Below, piece after piece: positions 53,501-64,000 of a DNA stretch of 64,000 nt. The stretch comes from Eledone cirrhosa (taxonomy: Eukaryota). Positions within the stretch are counted from its first letter, which is position 1. Every line of letters starts with the position of its first letter. The stretch spans positions 353,276,001 through 353,340,000 of the forward strand of contig OZ024740.1 of the NCBI GenBank assembly GCA_964016885.1, read 5' to 3'. A program made the translations under genes and the position numbers. The notes under the pieces are model-generated. The model worked only from the letters and a program-made list of their open reading frames with translations. It was not told the DNA's origin and did no database searches.

Positions 53501-56500
53501 CACATACATGCACATATATTCATACACACACACATGTATACAGATACTTGTACACCTGCAGACATACATACAAACATATCTACACACATATGTACACACA
53601 TCTACTCAAGTATTTAAGTTCACATATACATTGGGGTGGGGAAGGGGGAATTAATGAACTGTTAGTGTACCTCTGAGGGTTTTTCTTCTCTTCAATGATC
53701 GAATGTTTGAAAGTGCAGGTGTCATCAACTTCTATTTGGATATTTTTCTTTTTTCAATATGCGATTTTTTAAAGAAAAGAAAGAGAGGAGAATCCTGTTA
53801 TTTGAAGATGGAATATCATTTTTTTGTATTTAGTAGTGGTTTGTACTTTCTAATGAAGAATTCTTTATATTTTCGGAAATGTTTGTTGTCCGACCATATT
53901 TTAAAGAAGGGGAAAATTGTGAATTTTCCCTTTCCGCATGTTACGAAGTGTTCACTGCATGTGGTGTTTCTGACAGAGGGGTCTCTAATTTGTTGTTTAT
54001 GTACTCGAACTCTATCATGTAGACCGTTCTGGTTTCACCAATGTAGTATTCCTTACATTGTGGGCAGGTTGCACAGTAAATCAAGTTTTTGGTTTTGCTT
54101 TAACTTTGAAAAACTGGTTGCCCCATGATAAAAAGAAAATTGTTCTGAATATCATGATGTAAAAAATATTTTCTGTTTCGTGGTCTCTCCATTATCCTTT
54201 CTCTGACAATAGGGTAGTGTGTTGACATCAGGCCACTATTTCCCGCATGCTGGCTTTTGGAAATCTATTATTGATCTGTTAATTGTTTCTACTTTATGCA
54301 CAATGCCAGCAATTTGAAGGGGAGAGGGGAAAAGTCGATCAAGTGAAGTTTTCCTATCCTTAGGTATCTGTAACGGTGCAGTGACCCTTATCACTTGAAT
54401 CAGAATTCGTTGAGTCCGTAAACCTTATAAAAAAATCTTCAAATTCTCCAGAAGATGACATTTTGAGGACATTGCAGACAGCCTCTTTCTTGTGAAGTGT
54501 TTAATGAAGAATCTCCAGCATTTTTCGTGGCCTCGGAAAATCACTTCTTAAATTTTTCGGATCATTCGTTGAGTCACAACTTAAACCGTTTGTCCGGAAA
54601 ATGTTCAAATTTCCCGAAAAATGAGAAGCAAAAACATTTTAGAACAAGTTGATTAATCTAATTAATAATGTAATCAAGCTAAAACTATATTGTTGGTACA
54701 ACAGCAACAAAAGTATTGCAAACATTTTTGAGGGCAAAATTACAGTATTCGATGGCATATTTTTATGCTTACACATCACTTTCAAGTAAGAAAAATTCAA
54801 ATATGAATATTTTCACGTAGACTTGCATTCGCATACGCCTGTTCTGTATAAGTTAGAGGCAAATGAATTAGGTGATCTTATCTTGATGCTACTTACATAA
54901 CTCTTCAATCTTCTAAGAATACTAAAATAACGTGCATCAGAAGTGAAATTTGATCTGCAGTTTTAACGAAGTATTAAATGCTGAAAACCTGGTGGTTTCT
55001 GCTCGAAAAATGACTTACGCAATCATTCAAATAATTTGTTTACCAAAGTTTTTCATTCGAATTTTTGCCAGAAAATTGAAGCCTTGCTTAAATCAAGGAT
55101 GAGAGCAGTCTACTCACTCCTGCCTTGTGTCTATGGTAGTACATTAAAATAGAAAGTAGAACAAGGTTAAATGGTAGAGAAAGAAAGAAAAAACAAAGAC
55201 TGTAACCACCACAATTGTTTTCAATGAACGAACAAAGAGGTGTATTCCTCTGTTAAGAAGATGTCAATAGAACAAGTTTTGGCGTCACAGCAAGGTATCT
55301 CTCCCCGTTTACACCCTCGTCGGTTATTAAATATACAAAAGTAATATCTATCTATGTATGTATGTATGTGTGGGGTGGGTGGGTATGCCAACGGTAACAA
55401 TACGAACCAGCCAATGGAAGGTTATCACGTTCTTTCTACCTCTCTGACTTGATTGGTGCCCCATGGTAACAAAGGCGTTACTCCGGAGGATAGCGAGGGA
55501 GATGTGCTCAAAGAGCCATTCCTTCTAGTGTGGACAACTCCGTTTCATGGTGTTAAATACGATAAAAGGAGAAGCTGACCCACAATACATCAAAATACAA
55601 ATAACTAATACAAGCTAGCAGAGTAACTTCCCAATAATAACAGTAAAAGAGTTGACTTACCGACAGAATTAAACGAAGAGTTGCAGCAAAGTTAATGTAC
55701 TGCCTTTGCTTAGTCAATTGAAAAAATTATACATTTCATCAAAATGATGAAATACGGTAAAAACCTAGTAAATTTTACACAAAATTAACATGAGAAGGGA
55801 CAAAGTATATAACTAAGGAAAATATCATTCATCATGTATTTATCCTCTAATAACAATTTAGTACAGAACAAAACCACAGCCACAATTAGCGATATTCACC
55901 ACAGATATACTTCGAAGAAAAAGGCAAAACTTCTGTGAAAGTCACATCCCGAACCTGGAAGGAATGAGGTATGTATGGCTCATATTAAGATTTAATCTTG
56001 CGAAACCGGGTGTTGCCCGTGCTTGCAGTAGTATGACACCGCCACCGAGTCTAGGTTTACGTAAATACTTTTTTCTAACCCCCTCCGCCATTTTTTTTTC
56101 TTTTAATATAGCCTAGCTCCAACAAGGAGATGGATGAAGTTTTGCTACTTAGGAAGGAGCTTGGTTTATTAGTTCCAGAGTGGAATAATGGACTCAGAGA
56201 ATTTGGGACAGTTTTCAATTCTCTTTTTGATCAATATTGGAGGTGTCGACTGTTTTCTGCGAATGCTAAATTTTGCAGGTTTGTGTTAACATCTTGCCTG
56301 TGGTGCACATTGTTGACAGACTTACTCTTTCTCAGCTCCACATCGCCTTCGCTCTCAAATTCGGGGCTGATGGACGTGAGGGATTAAAGTGATAAGTTTT
56401 TTCTATTCTAGGACTCTTCATGGATTGCCATGACTATTGAGTCGGGTCACTTAGTTCGTCACACCGTGTTGAATTTAATTATAAAGCGAGAAGTATTGAC

Positions 56501-57530
56501 CAGGGTTGATGAAAAGAAGACCAATAAACTTCCATTTGCCCAAAGATTAGACGCCAATGCCCCCATTTGGGACGCTACTGTTAGCATCTTTTTAGACCCA
56601 TCACACATTCTAAATGCTGCAGTCGGGTGCATCCATAACTGAACGGAATAACTTGCTGAAATACCGTAATTTGTTAACGAGTTACACTTTTCAGGACGTG
56701 ACATTTAAGACATTCGGGAAAACTAGGCCGCTAATATTGAAGATTTAGTCATCGTTAGTGACACGTCTTACTGAAGTGGAAAGGTGTTTGGTTGTTTCTG
56801 TGCCTTAGTCTAGCAATCGCCTTCATAATACCGTGATTGTTTTGGATGACCTCAAATCGTTAGAGAAAAATACCGGCAATCCTTCTTTGTAACGTGTAAT
56901 TGAGGGAGTGTGCATGGTTTTTTTCCCTCATATATTTCTGACTCATTTTTATTATTATTGTCGATTCGTTGATTATAGATGTAGTTAGTTGTAACTGATG
57001 TGAATTAAACCCTTTACGAAACCCATTTCGAAATAATTATCGTCACAAAATGGTCTGTATGCAAGAATTCACAAAATTTCTTTCAGCTGAAATTATATAA
57101 CATGTACTTACGCTTTAAATAAATTTCACATTGAACTAATCTTATATTTTATTTTATATTTTAGTAAGCTATGAGTCATCGTTTCTTCCTTTCCTCCAGC
57201 AGTCACTAAAAGCCATAAAAATAAACAATAAACTTTAATAAGACAAAATATAACAAAAACAAAAAAATAATCCAACTGGATTGGCTGTAAGACACGTCTA
57301 AATACATCCTATAAAACAGTCTAGCTAACAATAATGTCTTCTCTTCCTACATTTACAGAATACAGAGTAAACATACTATAAAAACAACCAAAATAAAACA
57401 CACAGTGCATTCACAGACATAAAATTAATGTATAAAATTAATATATATATATATAAGTATTGAAGTTTCCGTTGAAAATTGAAAAAGTCATAGGAGTGAA
57501 GAGTGCTCTATGTAAGTTACAGAGCTAAAT

Positions 57531-57746
57531 TTAATGTATAATAAACAATACAATATAATTACCTCATTACCAGAGGTTTCCCGAATAAGACGAATACAAG
57601 AAACGTCCGCATTCGTTCATCAGACAAGGCAATTACCTTGTCTGATGAACGAATGCCTTGTCTGATGCGGACGTTTCTTGTATTCGTCTTATTCGGGAAA
57701 CCTCTGGTAATGAGGTAATTATATTGTATTGTTTATTATACATTAA
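57531..57746. repeat. Fold-back palindrome carrying hammerheads on both strands (57557-57634 minus; 57631-57720 plus)
   Basis: AAUU(A/G)CCUUGU-[CUGAUGA]-aCGAAU...AUUCGg-[GAAA]-CCUCUGG-UA-AUGAGGUAAUU. The arms are near-perfect and the centre is AATT at 57631-57634. Confidence 0.85.
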
Positions 57747-58016
57747 CTTATATATATATATATATATATAAGCAAAGAGATATTTAATTTGTTGGTAATT
57801 CCACAAATATATTTATTACAGATTCGAAGCAGTCGACAGTTTTTCTGGAGTATAATGTCCAAACGGAACCTGAACTGTTAAGGTCTGATTCCTGGGTATG
57901 TCACTATTTATAAAACAAATTTTGAATTTTATCTGATAAGTTTTGGTACCCTTGAAATATATATAATAGAATAAATATGGTTTTTTAAATATAGTTTCCA
58001 TTTATTAATATCATTG

Positions 58017-61022
<3,006 letters not shown>

Positions 61023-61159
61023 GTCAGTATACACATATATATAACTTTAAGAATGTGTCACTGAGCAATATGTATTTTTTTGTGGGAGGCCGGAAGCGGC
61101 AAACTGAAAGACTGCCCGGGCGGTACACACTCTAGTTACGTCACTGCTCATACACAAAC

Positions 61160-61440
61160 ACATCTGTTCCTTCACACATCCTGGATGCTGCGGTAAAAGT
61201 GAGAGTCACTGTTTCCGTAGCTGAACGGAATAGAATTCTAAAATACCGGGAATTATTGGCAAACTATTGTTTCCAGCCTTTGGCGTTCGAGACGTTTGGA
61301 GGAGCTGGGCCGCTGACAACAAAGTTCTTGTCATCGTTGGCAGCTCGCCTTACCAAGGTATCAAGTGATATTCCTGAGGGTACTTAGTTGTTCCAGCGCC
61401 TTAATCTCACTATCACTTGCGGTAATACTGCGAGCCTCAA
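61160..61440 (+). pseudogene. CRE-type restriction-like endonuclease 3' fragment; a more decayed one at ~56520-56830
   Basis: AERNRILKYRELL..YCFQPLAFETFG..GP...*LFQRL.L.I..GN. IWDATV occurs at ~56565. Confidence 0.7.
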
Positions 61441-61580
61441 AACGACGGAGGCTCCGTCGCACCTTGTGATGTGTGACCCATTGACACACTTAGTTTCGAA
61501 TTATTTTCTTCCGTTTTGATTTTATATTTTATGTGAAATAGTCATGTAATTAAGTATTGTGTATATTATTTTCGTGTATA

Positions 61581-62138
61581 CAGTAATCCCCCGCTATATC
61601 GCGGTTCATTGTTCGCGGTTCAGCTACATCGCGGATTTTTCGTTAGAACATATCTATTTTCTTACGTTATAAAAAGTATAAAACATTGTAAAACGTATAA
61701 AAAGTGTTTAAATTTTAAATTGATTAAATAAGTTTCGATGTGATTGAAGTGTATAGCGTAAGGAAGGGGCATCTTAAGGCTTTAACTATAAAAAATGTTT
61801 TTATTTTTCATTCCATTACTGTTTTACGGATTGTGATTTTCTCTAACCTACTACAAACCCTTCGTAGATTGACGGGAGATGTGCAGAGTATTGCCACTAA
61901 CGTGGCTGGTAATGGTCGTCATTGGTAACTAGTAGTACGATCGTTACTGGCTGTTTTTGGTGTTTAATACAAAAGTGTGTTTTAATGAGTTTATATGTAC
62001 TTAAAGCGTGTAGGAGAGGTATTTTAAGGCTTAAACTATTAAAACAACGGTTGTCTTTATGGTATCTCTATATCGCTGATTTCTATTTATCGCGGTCGGT
62101 CCTGAAACGTATCCACCGTGATAAACGGGGTATTATTG
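61581..62138. mobile_element. Tigger/pogo-like (Tc1/mariner superfamily) MITE
   Basis: TA-CAGTAATCCCCCGCTATATCGCGG ... CCGTGATAAACGGGGTATTATTG-TA termini. Confidence 0.75.
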
Positions 62139-63602
62139 TATTTTCATTCTGTAAGGATTATAAATAATTTGTAATGCTATTTATACAACTGTGAATAAAC
62201 TATAATGCAGCTTCTGTTAACTAATTGGTTCTTCGTGTTGATACTAAATAATTGTTTGTAGTATAGGCTTAAGTCCAACCTTTTTTTTCTTTTTTTTGCG
62301 GCGGGTGGAGTGATTAAATCAATCCAGCATTTGGCTGGTACTTTATTCCGAAGAATGAAAGGTAAAATTGACTTTAGTGGGGTTTGAAACCAGAACGTAA
62401 AGTCTGATGCTTTAATGATTCTGCCAATCCACCTCCCTAATTGACATGTTCATTCATATCCTATACTATTACTACTACACTGTCAATATCGTTTCATATA
62501 GTGTCAATCAGGGGTCATAAACTCGAGGACTCAAAAGGGTCATTTTGTCCGGGGGATGAGGCACAGCGTGTCAAAAGGCAGATGCGGTGGGGGAGCTGGT
62601 GGTTTCCACTAGTTATAATGCTTATTTGTAATACCGCTTATAAGCTGCAATTTTTTTCTATCAGAAGTGAATACGCATATGAGAGTAAGTGAGACTAGGG
62701 GTCAAATTTTCCGTTTCAAATGTCCTGCCGCGGGAAGTATGCGGGCAGCATGCAGCCCATGTTTTTGACCTCTTGTGTAGATTAAAAAAATACTGTTTTT
62801 TAATTAAAAAAATTCCTTATCTATTTCTCTAAATACAAAAGTCTGTACACTGTCTTCGCAGTCCGTGATAAAAATGTTATGTTAATGTTGTTCTGGCGTT
62901 GTATGCCTTTTGCTTGCTTGCACGTGATCAGAACTATTTAGAGTACCAGTCCGATAGAACAAGACAGTGTATATTATGTACCGCCTGGATAATGTTGGTG
63001 AACATGTAGTTATAACAGACGCCTGTTGTGGACTCCTATAATTATCGCATGTACAGCACTCATAAATGCCAAAAAAAAAAAAAAAAAACTTAAATCTGTC
63101 CGCCTCTACTGCATCACCAGTACCAACAGTCTTACTAAAATAGACTGTCACACCCAAGACCAGTGTTACCATTAAGCAAACTACGCAGTTACATGGTGCT
63201 CCTAACAGGCCCCATCAGCCCTGGCGTGAACTTTTATTAAGCTTATCTAAAGGATAAACAATTGATTTATTAACCAGTAGAAAATAATGTAATTTGGCTC
63301 CTATTTGTGCAGTTCTAATTCTAAATCTAATTTTGTGTTAAATACTATGCCATGATAATTGATAGTTAAAAGTCTTTAACTACTCATAAAATGTTAAAAA
63401 TAGCCATTACAAATGCTTCTGGGACTCAAAGAATATCAAATACTGGGTCATAGCACATGACTCAAAGATGTGTGCAGTTGTAAAATGTCCATAAAATACT
63501 CTCTGACTCCAACTTTTGGTCTACAAATGTTCCATCTTCCCTCCGCCTTTTCTACCGTTACTAGTGGTTTTTGCTTCCTTGGGTGGTTGGATTCGTGTCA
63601 CC

Positions 63603-64000
63603 TGTGGGGATGGTGTGGAGGAGGTGACCGGAAGCTGGGGACGATCGACCGGAGGCGGAAAAGGAAGTGACGTGAGATGCGTACCCAGGAGCTTCTGTGG
63701 GCCCTCTTTCGGCTGTGATCCTCGACGAACGGACGTGCGAATGCGAGCTGCAACAGGCGAACGGATTATACCCACGTGAATGAGGCTTGCTCGCTGAGTG
63801 AGCTAGCAGAATTGCGGTAAGTGCAGTAGCTTTCTCGTTACAAGCTATTTCGACATCTGAAGACTTACAATTAAAAAAAAAAAAAAAGGAAGAATTTTTT
63901 TAAAGACAAAGCTACTGGAAAACAGAGAGAATTATGTTGTTTGTTACTTACCGCAGGACTAAGGAGATGGCGACGAGATTACGGATAAACGGAGAAGTAA
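63603..64000 (+). mobile_element. Possible Gypsy 5' LTR and primer-binding site
   Basis: GC-rich block starting TGTGGGG. It shares AGTAGCT...CAAGCTATTTCG with the putative LTR at ~30970-31005. PBS-like TGGCGACGAG occurs at 63968. Confidence 0.4.

Noticed and set aside
54340-54730. Possible mariner transposase remnant on the minus strand
   Set aside because: No diagnostic motif could be read confidently.

Overview
AT-rich, microsatellite- and transposon-dense animal DNA. The tandem C2H2 zinc-finger genes and the SINE family suggest a coleoid cephalopod such as octopus (inference). Only two intact host genes are supportable, both minus-strand poly-C2H2 zinc-finger paralogs (11 and 16 fingers). 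They share an N-terminal MEExLCE motif, a homologous non-coding leader and homologous splice sites. The rest is decayed mobile DNA: Penelope-like elements (PLE), CRE-clade non-LTR elements with a restriction-like endonuclease, RTE and CR1-type LINEs, Gypsy remnants, tRNA-Trp-primed non-coding LTR elements, a Tc1 fossil, hAT/piggyBac/Tigger-type MITEs, a Helitron and many tRNA-derived SINEs. The most striking hidden structure is about a dozen minimal hammerhead ribozyme motifs, read by eye on both strands. They include three U3-A8 covariant cores, 60-70 nt domain-II insertions and palindromic dimer-type stem III loops. They sit in short PLE-derived modules embedded in (TA)n tracts, and several modules are fold-back palindromes whose inversion points lie inside the hammerhead.
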